A stretch of DNA of 64,000 nt from Dehalococcoidia bacterium (GTDB lineage: Bacteria; Chloroflexota; Dehalococcoidia; GIF9; AB-539-J10): positions 1,420 through 65,419 of the forward strand of contig JAUVZB010000007.1 of the NCBI GenBank assembly GCA_030602785.1, given 5' to 3'. Shown in pieces: positions 29,460-39,209 of this stretch. A program made the translations under genes and the position numbers. The first letter of the stretch is position 1, and each line of letters opens with the position of its first letter. Under the pieces are notes generated by a model that saw nothing but the letters and a program-made list of their open reading frames with translations, was not told the DNA's origin and searched no databases.

Positions 29460-30751
29460 CTTCCGGGCACCTCCTGTGTTGTGGATGGTTGTTCCGCGGG
29501 GCCGGCGATGCGGCCGGCAATCGCGCTCGCGGCTGCAACTGCCGGTCCGGCAAGGTAGACCTCGGATTGCGGGCTGCCCATGCGGCCCACGAAATTGCGG
29601 TTCGTCGTTGAAAGGCAGCGCTCGCCCGGAGCGAGGACCCCCATGTAGCCTCCGAGGCAGGGGCCGCAGGTGGGCGTACTGACGACGGCTCCGGCATCCA
29701 CGAAGACGCGCAGAAGACCCTCATCCAGGGCGTCGCCGTAGACGCGCTGGGAGCCCGGTATGACGATACACCGAACGTCCGGGTGAATCGTCTGCCCACG
29801 GAGGATCTCCGCGGCGATTCTGAGGTCGCCGAGCCTGCCGTTTGTGCAGCTGCCGATGACGACCTGGTCGATGGGGACTGTGCCTGCCTGGCTCAGCGGC
29901 TTGACGTTGGAAGGCAGGTGTGGGAAGGCCACGCTTGGCTCCACGTCAGCGGCGTTGTACTCGATGACACGGGAGTAGTCGGCGTCGGTGTCGGTCGTGT
30001 AGCTGACGATAGGCCTGGGGCCGGACGTGGGTGGGTGGGCGGCCACGTATGCCTCGGTCGCAGCGTCAACGGGGAAAATGCCTGCCTTCGCCCCGGCCTC
30101 GATGGCCATGTTCGCCATCGTGAAGCGGCCGTCCATGTTGAGCGAGGTGATTGCCTCGCCGTGAAACTCCATAGCGGCATAGAGAGCGCCATCGATGCCG
30201 ATGTCGCCGATGATGTGGAGGATGAGGTCCTTGCCTCCCACCCATGGCTGTAGCTGTCCGTGGAACACGAACTTGATGGTGGGAGGCACCTTCATCCATA
30301 TATCGCCGGTTGCCATGGCTACGGCGATATCCGTCGAACCCATTCCCGTGGCAAAGGCGCCAAGCGCACCATACGTGCACGTGTGGGAGTCAGCCCCGAC
30401 GATGACCTGTCCCGGGCTGACCAGGCCCTGCTCAGGCAGCAGGACGTGCTCTATGCCGGCACGCCCCGCCTCGAAGTACACGAGACCTTGTTCTCGGGAG
30501 AAGTCACGCAGGGCCTTCGCCTGTATGGCGGAGGCTATATCCTTGTTGGGTATGAAGTGGTCCGGGACCATGACCACCTTCCCCGGGTCGAACACACGGG
30601 ATACGCCGAGCTTTCGGAATTCCTTAATTGAGAGCGGTCCGGTGATGTCGTTGGCCATCACGACATCAACGGATACGTTGACCAGATCGCCGGGTGAGAT
30701 GTTCTCTCGTCCAGCGTGAGCTGCGAGTATCTTCTCTGCAACCGTTGCCAT
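29456..30751 (-). CDS. leuC: 3-isopropylmalate dehydratase large subunit
   Basis: PDH, GADSHTCTYGA, IGSCTNGR, CGPCLG, STTNRNFVGRMG. Confidence 0.95.
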   Translation of the reverse strand: MATVAEKILAAHAGRENISPGDLVNVSVDVVMANDITGPLSIKEFRKLGVSRVFDPGKVVMVPDHFIPNKDIASAIQAKALRDFSREQGLVYFEAGRAGIEHVLLPEQGLVSPGQVIVGADSHTCTYGALGAFATGMGSTDIAVAMATGDIWMKVPPTIKFVFHGQLQPWVGGKDLILHIIGDIGIDGALYAAMEFHGEAITSLNMDGRFTMANMAIEAGAKAGIFPVDAATEAYVAAHPPTSGPRPIVSYTTDTDADYSRVIEYNAADVEPSVAFPHLPSNVKPLSQAGTVPIDQVVIGSCTNGRLGDLRIAAEILRGQTIHPDVRCIVIPGSQRVYGDALDEGLLRVFVDAGAVVSTPTCGPCLGGYMGVLAPGERCLSTTNRNFVGRMGSPQSEVYLAGPAVAAASAIAGRIAGPAEQPSTTQEVPGR

Positions 30752-32328
30752 CAGGCAGCCTCCTGGACCCCCGGTTTCTTGCTCCAGTCTTCCGGCAGCT
30801 GCATCTCGCCGCTGGCCTGCTTGGAGAGAATGAGGCGATTAAGGGCGTTCATGTACGCCTTTGCGCTCGCGACTACTATGTCCGTAGCGGCGCCGCGGCC
30901 GGTGTACATCACGCCGTCGCTCTCGATGCGGATAAGCACCTCACCGATGGCGTCCATTCCCTCCGTGTTTGCGTTGATGCTGAACTCGACGAGCGTATTG
31001 GGGATGCCGACGATGCGGTTGATTACCTTGTACATGGCATCCACAGGGCCTGTGCCCAGCGCCGCATCGGACAGGACTTCGCCGTTTGGACCGATGAGTC
31101 GCACGGCAGCCGAGTGCAGACTGTGGTCGCCGCAGGACACGTCGACATGGTCCAGCCGGTACACCTCTGTTTTGCTGCGCAACTCCTCGCTGACCAGCGA
31201 TTCCAGGTCGCGATCGGATATCTCCCGCTTCTTGTCAGCAAGCTCCTTGAACGCGCGGAAGGCGTGACCGAGGGCTTCCTCTTCCAGGGAGAAGCCCAGC
31301 TCTGCGAGCCGTTCGCGGAACGCATGCTTGCCGCTCAGTTTGCCGAGCACGAGGCTGCTGGCCGGTATCCCGACCGAGCGCGGGTCCATAATCTCGTATG
31401 TCGAGGCTTCCTTGACCATGCCGTCCTGGTGGATGCCGGACTGGTGACGGAAGGCGTTGCCGCCGACTATCGCCTTGTTAGGCTGCACCATGAAGCCGGA
31501 CAGGTCGCTGACAACGCGGCTGGTCTTGTAGATGCGAGTCGTGTCGACGCCGGTGCTGAAACCAAATATGTCGTGTCGGGTCTTCAGCGCCATTACGACC
31601 TCCTCAAGGGCCGCGTTGCCTGCACGCTCGCCGATGCCGTTGACCGTACACTCGATTTGGCGCGCCCCCCGGCGCACTGCCTCCAAACTGTTGGCGACAG
31701 CCATGCCCAGGTCATCATGGCAGTGGACGCTGACGCAAGCGCGGCTGATGTTGGATACCCGGGTCATGACCGCGGCAATGAGGTCGCCGAACTCGTTCGG
31801 CGTGCTGTAGCCGACAGTGTCCGCGATGTTGACGGTCGTTGCCCCCGCATCGATGGCGGTCTCGAGCAGCTGGAAGAGGAATGCCGGCTCCGCTCGTGTT
31901 GCGTCCATCGGGGAGAACTCCACGTCCTCCGTGTATCCCTTGGCCCGCGCCACCATCTCCCGGGCCATCTCGAGCGCCTCCTGGCGGCTTTTCTTGAGCA
32001 TGTGAGCGAGCTGTATGTCGGAGGCTGAGAGGAAGACGTGGATACGCGGGTGCTCTGCCCCGCTTATGGCCTCCCATGCCCTGTCGATGGCTGCCGGCCT
32101 GCAATGTGCCAACCCGCAGATGAAGGGGCGTCGCAACTCGCTCGCAATGAGCTGCACCGCATGGAAGTCACCCTGCGAGCTGATAGGGAAACCAGCTTCG
32201 ATGACGTCAACGCCGAGCTTGTCGAGTTGCCGCGCGATGGCAAGCTTCTCCTGGGGCGTAAGGCTCGTCCCCGCCGACTGCTCCCCATCTCTCAGCGTTG
32301 TATCGAAGATAATCACTCTACCGCTCAT
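30751..32328 (-). CDS. leuA: 2-isopropylmalate synthase
   Basis: FDTTLRDGEQ, IEAGFP, SVHCHDDLG, NGIGERAGNA, HQSGIHQDG, C-terminal regulatory domain; SD AAAGGAG before ATG 32328. Confidence 0.94.
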   Translation of the reverse strand: MSGRVIIFDTTLRDGEQSAGTSLTPQEKLAIARQLDKLGVDVIEAGFPISSQGDFHAVQLIASELRRPFICGLAHCRPAAIDRAWEAISGAEHPRIHVFLSASDIQLAHMLKKSRQEALEMAREMVARAKGYTEDVEFSPMDATRAEPAFLFQLLETAIDAGATTVNIADTVGYSTPNEFGDLIAAVMTRVSNISRACVSVHCHDDLGMAVANSLEAVRRGARQIECTVNGIGERAGNAALEEVVMALKTRHDIFGFSTGVDTTRIYKTSRVVSDLSGFMVQPNKAIVGGNAFRHQSGIHQDGMVKEASTYEIMDPRSVGIPASSLVLGKLSGKHAFRERLAELGFSLEEEALGHAFRAFKELADKKREISDRDLESLVSEELRSKTEVYRLDHVDVSCGDHSLHSAAVRLIGPNGEVLSDAALGTGPVDAMYKVINRIVGIPNTLVEFSINANTEGMDAIGEVLIRIESDGVMYTGRGAATDIVVASAKAYMNALNRLILSKQASGEMQLPEDWSKKPGVQEAA

Positions 32329-32384
32329 CCGTGCTCCTTTCGGTGAGTTGTCCGACGGGTGGTTCCCGTCGTCGCCGCTAATGT

Positions 32385-33377
32385 CTACTTCTTCGTCCAT
32401 GGCATCATCTCCCTCAGTTGCTCGCCGACCACTTCGATGAGCTCCTTCTGTTCACTTCGCTTCATGGAGTTGAAGTGAGGCCGTCCCGCCTGGTTCTCGG
32501 TCACCCACTCGAGGGCGAAGGTCCCGTCCTTGACCTCCTGGAGTATCCTGCGCATCTCTTCCCTGACCGACTCGTTGATTACACGCGGGCCTCTGGTGTA
32601 GTCGCCGAACTCTGCGATGTCGCTGACGGAGTAGCGCATGTATTTGAGTCCGCCCTGGTATATGAGGTCAACAATCAGCTTGAGCTCATTCAGGCACTCG
32701 AAATACGCAATCTCGGGCTGGTAGCCGGCCTCGACGAGCGTGTCGAAGCCCGCCTTGATGAGCGCTGTCACCCCTCCGCACAAAACAGCCTGCTCGCCGA
32801 AAAGGTCTGTCTCGGTCTCTTCTGCAAACGTCGTTTCAATGACTCCCGCTCGTGTGCAGCCGATACCCTTTGCATAGGCAAGCGCAACTTGCTTGGCCTT
32901 CCCCGAGACATCCTGGTGGATGGCTAAGATTGCCGGTGGTCCTGCATTCTCCTTGTAGATTGAACGCATGAGGTGGCCCGGGCTCTTGGGGGCGACCATG
33001 CTCACGTCGACGTTCGCCGGCGGCACTATCTGGAAGAAGTGGATGTTGAAGCCGTGGGCGAACATGATGGTCTTACCAGCTGCCAAGTTCGGCGCTATCG
33101 AATCTTTGTATATCTCGGCATGAAGGTTGTCCGGGGCAAGAATCGTCAGGATGTCTGCTGCCTTCGTGGCTTCCGCGACGCTCATCACTTTGAAACCATC
33201 GGCCTCGGCGGCCTTCCATCCGGCGCCACCCTGCCTGCTTGCCACGACCACGTCGCAGCCGCTGTCCCTCAGGTTCTGTGCGTGTGCATGGCCCTGGCTG
33301 CCATAGCCGACGATGCCGATGAGCTTGCCTTTGAGTAGTGAAAGGTCCGCGTCTTTTTCGTAGTAGATCTTCGCCAT
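32385..33377 (-). CDS. ilvC: Ketol-acid reductoisomerase
   Basis: [48 protein letters not shown]. Confidence 0.97.
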   Translation of the reverse strand: MAKIYYEKDADLSLLKGKLIGIVGYGSQGHAHAQNLRDSGCDVVVASRQGGAGWKAAEADGFKVMSVAEATKAADILTILAPDNLHAEIYKDSIAPNLAAGKTIMFAHGFNIHFFQIVPPANVDVSMVAPKSPGHLMRSIYKENAGPPAILAIHQDVSGKAKQVALAYAKGIGCTRAGVIETTFAEETETDLFGEQAVLCGGVTALIKAGFDTLVEAGYQPEIAYFECLNELKLIVDLIYQGGLKYMRYSVSDIAEFGDYTRGPRVINESVREEMRRILQEVKDGTFALEWVTENQAGRPHFNSMKRSEQKELIEVVGEQLREMMPWTKK

Positions 33378-33394
33378 TTGAAATCCTCCTTACT

Positions 33395-33907
33395 CTATGT
33401 CGATTGCTGCTTTTCTTGTGAGAACACGCCTCGGGTGAGGGCCGTTCTTCCCGTGCGGGCCAGCTCCTGCATGCCGAAGTCGCGTAGCATCTTGATGAGG
33501 GAATCTATCTTGTCCTCGTCACCCGTAACCTCAACCGTCAATGAGTCCGGCGCCACGTCAACGATATTGGCGCGGAAGACATCCACGATTTGCATAATCT
33601 CGCTTCGGGTCGTGGCTGATGCCGAGACCTTGATGAGCGCCAGTTCGCGGACTACCTTATCTTCTCTTGTGATGTCGGTCACGCTCACGACGTTGATGAG
33701 TTTGTCGAGTTGCTTCGTAACCTGCTCGACCTCCGCGTCGTCTCCGATAACGACGACGGTCATCCGGGAGAGGCCAGGCTGCTCGCAGTGGCCGACCGAG
33801 AGGCTCTCAATGTTGAACCCCCGGCGTCTGAAGAGCCCCGCGACCCGGGTGAGGACGCCCGGCTCGTCTTGTACAAGTGAGACCAGTGTGTGTCGCTTGC
33901 CCTGCAT
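33395..33907 (-). CDS. ilvN: Acetolactate synthase regulatory subunit
   Basis: PGVLTRVAGLFRRRGFNIESL, KQLDKLINV, RELALIKV, ARTG. Confidence 0.96.
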   Translation of the reverse strand: MQGKRHTLVSLVQDEPGVLTRVAGLFRRRGFNIESLSVGHCEQPGLSRMTVVVIGDDAEVEQVTKQLDKLINVVSVTDITREDKVVRELALIKVSASATTRSEIMQIVDVFRANIVDVAPDSLTVEVTGDEDKIDSLIKMLRDFGMQELARTGRTALTRGVFSQEKQQST

Positions 33908-33917
33908 GTTTTCTCTC

Positions 33918-35612
33918 CTATGACCTTCCCGCACGTGCAGGCTGCGGCGCCTTGATCATGCAGTCGAGGTTCTGTCCGGGCGCGACGATCGGGTACACGT
34001 TCTCTTCCGGCTCGACTGAGAACTCTATCAGAAACGGTCCCTGGTGCGCATTCGCCCTGTCAAAGGCTGCCGGCACGTCGCACTCATTCTCGACACGCAC
34101 GGCCGGAATCCCGTATGCGTCGGCGAGTTTCACAAAGTCGGGTGCGTGAATGGCAACGTCGACGTAGTTGCGGTTGAAGAAGAGATCCTGCCACTGCCTT
34201 ACCATGCCAAGGTATCCGTTGTTGACGATGGCTATCTTGACGGGCAGGCCCTCCTGGACGATGGTCGAGAGCTCCTGCATTGTCATCTGGAAGCTGCCAT
34301 CTCCAGCCACGATCCACACTGCCTCGTCCGGGCACGCAATCTGCGCGCCCAGTGCTGCGGGTAGCTCGAAGCCCATCGTGCCGAGACCGCCGGAGGAGAG
34401 GAATCCGTTGAGGCGTGGTGCCGCGTACTCCTGAGCCGCAAACATCTGGTGCTGGCCGACGCCGGTCACGACGATGGTCTTCTCGTCGATCGATTCGTAT
34501 AGCCGGCGGATTACCCGTCGTGCGGAGAGCTTCGTGCCGGGGGTGTGTTCCACCAGCGGATTCGAGGAACGCCATGACTCCACCTGTGCCAGCCATGCAG
34601 GCCTATCCGACTTCCTTAGCAGGGGGTTGATCTGGCCAAGTACCGTCTTCACGTCGCCGACGAGGGAGGCGTAGGGAACGATGTTCTTGCCTATCTCGGC
34701 CGAGTCGATGTCGATGTGGACCACGATCGCCTTGGGAGCGAATTCGCTCGCCTTCATCGTCGCACGGTCGCCGAAGCGGGTGCCGATTGCAAGGATGAGG
34801 TCGGCATCCTGGACGGCCTTGTTTGCATACACGGCGCCGTGCATGCCGAACATCCCCAGGTTGAGGTAGTGCTGCGGCGGAAGCGAGCCGAGTCCCAGCA
34901 TCGTGTGCACAACCGGCGCCTGCAGGGTCTCGACGAGTTCTCTCAGCTCTTCATGCGCCCGGGATATGATTACTCCCCTTCCTGCGATGACTACTGGCCG
35001 TTCCGCCCTGTTGAGCAGTTCCGCCACAGTCGCAACATGTGCCTGGTTGGCCTCTGTGACGGGCTTGTAGCCCGGCAGGTTGACTGTGTCAGGGTAGGAG
35101 AACTCCGTCTCCTGCTGTTGGACATCCTTCGGGATATCCACCAGGACGGGCCCGGGCCGTCCTGTCTGCGCGATGTGGAAGGCCTCCTTGATGATGGTGG
35201 CGAGGTCGGCGGCATCGCGCACCAGGTAGCTGTGTTTGGTGACTGGCAGCGTGATGCCGGTAATGTCGGTCTCCTGGAAAGCGTCCTTGCCGATGAAGGA
35301 GCTGGCTACCTGCCCCGTGATGACCACGAGAGGTGTGGAATCGAGGTATGCGTCAGTGATGCCGGTAACGAGGTTTGTGGCCCCCGGCCCTGACGTTCCC
35401 ACGCAGACGCCTGCCCTGTGCCTGACGCGCGCATATCCGGCCGCAGCGTGAGCGGCGGCCTGCTCATGGCGCACAAGCACCCGGCGAATCTGGGGGTACT
35501 GCGAGAAGGCATCGTACAGCGGAATGACGGTGCCGCCTGAAATGCCGAAGATTACGTCCACTCCCTCTTGCAGGAGGCTTTCGCAGAGGATCTGTGCACC
35601 TGTCTTCTTCAT
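33918..35612 (-). CDS. ilvB: Acetolactate synthase catalytic subunit
   Basis: VRHEQAA, TSGPGATN, DAFQE, GMHG, SSGGLGTMG, GDGSFQM...NNGYLGMVRQWQ. Confidence 0.96.
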   Translation of the reverse strand: MKKTGAQILCESLLQEGVDVIFGISGGTVIPLYDAFSQYPQIRRVLVRHEQAAAHAAAGYARVRHRAGVCVGTSGPGATNLVTGITDAYLDSTPLVVITGQVASSFIGKDAFQETDITGITLPVTKHSYLVRDAADLATIIKEAFHIAQTGRPGPVLVDIPKDVQQQETEFSYPDTVNLPGYKPVTEANQAHVATVAELLNRAERPVVIAGRGVIISRAHEELRELVETLQAPVVHTMLGLGSLPPQHYLNLGMFGMHGAVYANKAVQDADLILAIGTRFGDRATMKASEFAPKAIVVHIDIDSAEIGKNIVPYASLVGDVKTVLGQINPLLRKSDRPAWLAQVESWRSSNPLVEHTPGTKLSARRVIRRLYESIDEKTIVVTGVGQHQMFAAQEYAAPRLNGFLSSGGLGTMGFELPAALGAQIACPDEAVWIVAGDGSFQMTMQELSTIVQEGLPVKIAIVNNGYLGMVRQWQDLFFNRNYVDVAIHAPDFVKLADAYGIPAVRVENECDVPAAFDRANAHQGPFLIEFSVEPEENVYPIVAPGQNLDCMIKAPQPARAGRS

Positions 35613-35657
35613 AACTCTCCCTTCTCTGTCGCTGTTCGCGCTTCGCTTGTCCGCTCG

Positions 35658-35693
35658 AAAAAAGAAGGGGCCCTCCCACTTGGGAAGGCCCCT
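35658..35693 (-). terminator. Intrinsic terminator (attenuator) upstream of ilvB
   Basis: AGGGGCCTTCCCA-ag-TGGGAGGGCCCCT followed by TCTTTTTT on minus strand. Confidence 0.8.
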
Positions 35694-35721
35694 CTGCTTC
35701 GACTCTTGTTCCTGATATGGT

Positions 35722-35817
35722 CTAGCCTGCAAGCCTCCCAAGCGCACTTGAAGTGCGCACAATAATGAGGATGCTAAGGATGAGTCCCCGGGAGACTATG
35801 CGAGCTGTTGTGTCCAT
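35722..35817 (-). CDS. Putative ilv-leu operon leader peptide (31 aa)
   Basis: MDTTARIVSRGLILSILIIVRTSSALGRLAG: Leu/Ile/Val cluster ending about 30 nt before the terminator. Confidence 0.72.
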   Translation of the reverse strand: MDTTARIVSRGLILSILIIVRTSSALGRLAG

Positions 35818-35898
35818 AATCGTAATAGCTGGGTATGGTAGAGAGGTGTAGTGCGGTCTGTCAAGTTCCTCGTGGACGCGCCCGGCATGACTGGAGGC

Positions 35899-37053
35899 TC
35901 AGCGGTCCCTGCCGGAACGTATCGCGCCCTCGCCGAAGCGTTTTCTTATCCGGGCTATGGCCCTCTCGAGGTTCTGGACCATGGCGCTGTCCGGCGCGAA
36001 CATGTCGAGCTGTCGTTGCGGCACCGAGAGTCGTGATGCCCGTACGCCGACGAGGCGAACGCGCCTGTCATTGCCTGCCAGCAACTGCCCCAGTAGTCGC
36101 GTAGCTTCGTCGTACAGCACGCTGCCGGCGTTGGAGCCCTCTTTCAGAGTTGACTGCCTGGTGACAGTCTGGAAATCCTCGTAGCGGAGCTTGAGAGTAA
36201 CGGTTGTGGCTTGTTTCTTGTGCGAGCGCAGGTCCCGCGACAGATGCTCGCACATGGAGCGCAGTGTTCCCTGGAGGAAGGAGATGTCGCGAGTGTCTGC
36301 CTGGAATGTTGTTTCTCTGCTCATCGTTCTGGGCTCGCCACGTGGCTCAACCCTGCTGTTGTCGAGTCCCTGTGCGTAACGGCGGAGCTGCTCTCCGTAT
36401 CTTCCCAGCCTGCGGTGGGCCACGTCCTGTGGCAGAACTGCGAGCTGTCCGATGGTCGACACTCCCAGTTGGCGCAGCGTTTCGCCGGTCTTGCTGCCGA
36501 CGCCGGGGAGCTTGCCAACGGCGAGCTCCGAGAGGAAGAATGCCTCCTCTCCGGGCCTCACAAGCACCAGACCATCGGGCTTGTCGTAGTCTGAGGCCAC
36601 CTTCGCCACGATCTTGCAGGTGGCGATGCCGACGGAGGCAGTCAGTCCGAGGTCGTCGTGAACCCTCTGCTTGAGCTTCGCGGCGTGTGTCCTGGCGGCA
36701 TCGAAGTCGGGCACCAACTCACTGACGTCCAGGAAGGCCTCGTCGAGGCCGAGGGGTTCGACAATCGTAGCCATGGTTTCCAGGAGCCCCATGAATTGCT
36801 GGGAGGCCTTGACGTAGCGCTCGAAGTGGACGGGGACGAAGATGGCGCGAGGACAAAGCCTGCGCGCCTGTACCAGCGGCATGGCAGAATGAACTCCGTA
36901 GCTCCGCGCCTCGTAAGATGCGGCGGAAACGACTCCTCTTGTGCCCGGGTCTCCGCCCACGATGACGGGCTTCCCCTTGAGTGAGGGGTCGTGGAGTTGC
37001 TCCACGGAGACGAAAAACGCGTCGAGGTCCGCGTGGAAGATGCAGAGGGTCAC
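35899..37053 (-). CDS. dinB: DNA polymerase IV
   Basis: HADLDAFFVSVE, SAASYEAR, GLDEAFLD, AKVASDYDKPDG, LPGVG. Confidence 0.95.
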   Translation of the reverse strand: MTLCIFHADLDAFFVSVEQLHDPSLKGKPVIVGGDPGTRGVVSAASYEARSYGVHSAMPLVQARRLCPRAIFVPVHFERYVKASQQFMGLLETMATIVEPLGLDEAFLDVSELVPDFDAARTHAAKLKQRVHDDLGLTASVGIATCKIVAKVASDYDKPDGLVLVRPGEEAFFLSELAVGKLPGVGSKTGETLRQLGVSTIGQLAVLPQDVAHRRLGRYGEQLRRYAQGLDNSRVEPRGEPRTMSRETTFQADTRDISFLQGTLRSMCEHLSRDLRSHKKQATTVTLKLRYEDFQTVTRQSTLKEGSNAGSVLYDEATRLLGQLLAGNDRRVRLVGVRASRLSVPQRQLDMFAPDSAMVQNLERAIARIRKRFGEGAIRSGRDR

Positions 37054-37088
37054 AGCCGGATTGTAGTGGGACGCGGTCGTGAGTGCAA
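37054..37088 (-). promoter_or_regulatory. Sigma70-type promoter, probably leaderless, of dinB
   Basis: TTGCAC-N17-TACAAT-N6-GTG on minus strand. Confidence 0.6.
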
Positions 37089-37107
37089 CATAATGCTGTG
37101 CGCGGGA

Positions 37108-37314
37108 CTAGGTGTCCCCTTGCTCACCTGCCTGCCTCCGAACCCTTCTCACTCTCGTACGGAACTCGTGGCGTGGGAGGAGCACAACACGGCCGCAGCC
37201 GAGGCACTTGAGTCCGACGTCTGCGCCGATTCTCGTGACCTCCCATGTGGTGCTGCCGCATGGGTGAGCTTTGCGCAGGGTGACCATGTCGCCGAGCTGG
37301 ATGTCGGTCGCCAT
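37108..37314 (-). CDS. DUF951 family small protein
   Basis: LGD.V.LRKAHPCGS..WEV.R.GADV.LKC.GCGR; SD AAGGAG. Confidence 0.88.
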   Translation of the reverse strand: MATDIQLGDMVTLRKAHPCGSTTWEVTRIGADVGLKCLGCGRVVLLPRHEFRTRVRRVRRQAGEQGDT

Positions 37315-37339
37315 GTAGCCGTCTCCTTCGATGGCGCGT

Positions 37340-38140
37340 TCACGCGCCGGGACGGTGCTCGTTTATTTCGTCCCGCAGCGCGCTCGCGGCGGCCCGTGCC
37401 GCTCCGGCGAAATCCGATTCCTGCGAGGCATAGAGCACCTTGCGCGAGACGTTGATTATGGCATTGGTCCCTGACTCGTCGATGCCGCGCCGCACCACGG
37501 CGGGCAGGTCGCCGCCCTGTGCACCGATACCGGGCACCAGCAGGCACATCGCGGGACACAACTCCCGGATGCGTGCCAGTTCGTCCGGATAGGTGGCTCC
37601 GACGACAAGGCCGATGTTCCCGTGGACATTCCACTCGCGGGCTTTTTCCGCCACGTGCTCGTACAGCGGACGGCCGTCTACCCGGAGGTCCTGGAAGTCC
37701 CTTGCGCTCGGATTCGATGTGCGACAGAGGAGAAACACTCCCTTGTCTTCGTAGCTGGTGAACGGCTCAACGGAATCGAAACCGAGGTACGGGCTCACGG
37801 TAGCCGCGTCGAAGCCGAAGTGGTCGTACAGGGCTCTCGCGTACTCCCTCGCGGTGTTGCCGATGTCGCCTCGCTTGGCGTCGCCGATGGTGGGGATGTC
37901 CGAAGGTATGAGTGCGAGCGTCTCCTCGAGCGCTCGCACTCCTTCGAGTCCGGCTGCCTCGTAGAACGCGAGGTTGGGCTTGTAGGCGCACACCAGGTCA
38001 CGCGTCGCGTCGATGATTGCCCGGTTGAACTGAGCCATTGTCACGCCTGGAGGCATGAGACGCGGGTTCGGGTCCAGTCCCACGCAGAGCAGGCTGTTGT
38101 TGCGTGCAATGGCGTCTCGGAGTTTTGTCTGGAAGTTCAT
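37340..38140 (-). CDS. pyrF: Orotidine-5'-phosphate decarboxylase (type 2)
   Basis: LCVGLDP, YKPNLAFYE, DAKRGDIGNT, RTSNP, GLVVGAT, PGIGAQGG. Confidence 0.95.
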   Translation of the reverse strand: MNFQTKLRDAIARNNSLLCVGLDPNPRLMPPGVTMAQFNRAIIDATRDLVCAYKPNLAFYEAAGLEGVRALEETLALIPSDIPTIGDAKRGDIGNTAREYARALYDHFGFDAATVSPYLGFDSVEPFTSYEDKGVFLLCRTSNPSARDFQDLRVDGRPLYEHVAEKAREWNVHGNIGLVVGATYPDELARIRELCPAMCLLVPGIGAQGGDLPAVVRRGIDESGTNAIINVSRKVLYASQESDFAGAARAAASALRDEINEHRPGA

Positions 38141-38155
38141 GCCGTCTTCCCTGGC

Positions 38156-38641
38156 CTAGTAGTTGACGATGGTGTTAGTGCTGCGCGCGACGAGTTCGTC
38201 TCGCTGGTTTACAGACTCGGCCTCGTACACGAGGATGAACATCTCGCCAAGCCGGCCCTCACGTCTCTTGACGTCTGTCAATTTCGTTCGCGAGGTAATC
38301 ACGTCTCCTGCTCGCAGTGGAGTGAAGAACTCCCACGCCTCCTCGCCCTCAAGGGTGTTCTCCCTGGGCAACGGCACCTCGGGGACGGGGATTGGAATCA
38401 CCCCCGCCTCCGGGCTGCAGCGGGCGATTGTCATGCACGCGCAGAAGATATGAGGCGGCACGATGGTGCCGCCGTGGCGGGTCGCCTTCGCGTAATCCTC
38501 GTCGGTCCACAGGGGGTTCGGGTCCTGAACGGCCTCCACGAAGTGCCGCACCAGCTCCTTCTCTACATGCAGCACGTGAGGCTTCGCCTCGGTGCCGATG
38601 AACTTCTGCATATCTTCGAGTGTGAGTAGTCTCTCGTTCAC
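38156..38641 (-). CDS. MaoC/hotdog-fold dehydratase partner subunit
   Basis: FVEAVQDPNPLW, WEFFTPLRAGD, VNQRDELVA. Confidence 0.8.
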   Translation of the reverse strand: MNERLLTLEDMQKFIGTEAKPHVLHVEKELVRHFVEAVQDPNPLWTDEDYAKATRHGGTIVPPHIFCACMTIARCSPEAGVIPIPVPEVPLPRENTLEGEEAWEFFTPLRAGDVITSRTKLTDVKRREGRLGEMFILVYEAESVNQRDELVARSTNTIVNY

Positions 38642-38674
38642 AGCGACAACCTCCTTCAGTGGTCTGGGTAGCCG

Positions 38675-39109
38675 TCACGCGCCGCGCGACGGCAGCGATA
38701 CCGTGGCGAAACCCTGGGTCGTTATCGATCCGTCCGGTCTCTCTGTCCTGATGTCGAGGTCGACCAGGTGTTCGTTTCCTTCCACCCGTTTTGCCGTCAC
38801 GGTGCCCCTGATTGACATGTCCTCGTTCGACGGGTCCGTGCCCTTATAGCGGCAGCTCATCTTCTTCAGCGCGCCGTCGGGGCCTATCCAATCCGTCAGG
38901 AGCTGGCCGAGGAATGCGGCCTTGAGACGGCCGTGCACGACGACGTTGTCAAGCTTGTTCTTCCTCGCGAAATCGGTATCGTAGTGAATCTCGTAGAAGT
39001 CCTCCGATGCGCCCGCCCACATGACGAGTTGACGCCTTGTCGGATGCTTCTTCAGCGCGGGGATTTCCTGACCCTCCGCAACGTCTTCGTAGTACACCTG
39101 CTGTGCCAC
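38675..39109 (-). CDS. MaoC family dehydratase (catalytic subunit)
   Basis: WAGASEDFYEIHYD (D-x4-H hydratase-2 motif), VVHG. Confidence 0.85.
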   Translation of the reverse strand: MAQQVYYEDVAEGQEIPALKKHPTRRQLVMWAGASEDFYEIHYDTDFARKNKLDNVVVHGRLKAAFLGQLLTDWIGPDGALKKMSCRYKGTDPSNEDMSIRGTVTAKRVEGNEHLVDLDIRTERPDGSITTQGFATVSLPSRGA

Positions 39110-39209
39110 GCCGTATCCCTCCGGGTGAGTAGTGCTTGTATTGTAGGGGTAGCCCCGTCACGTTGCAAGGAGGCGATGGGCAGCGGTGCTATAATCGGCG
39201 GCTATCAGC

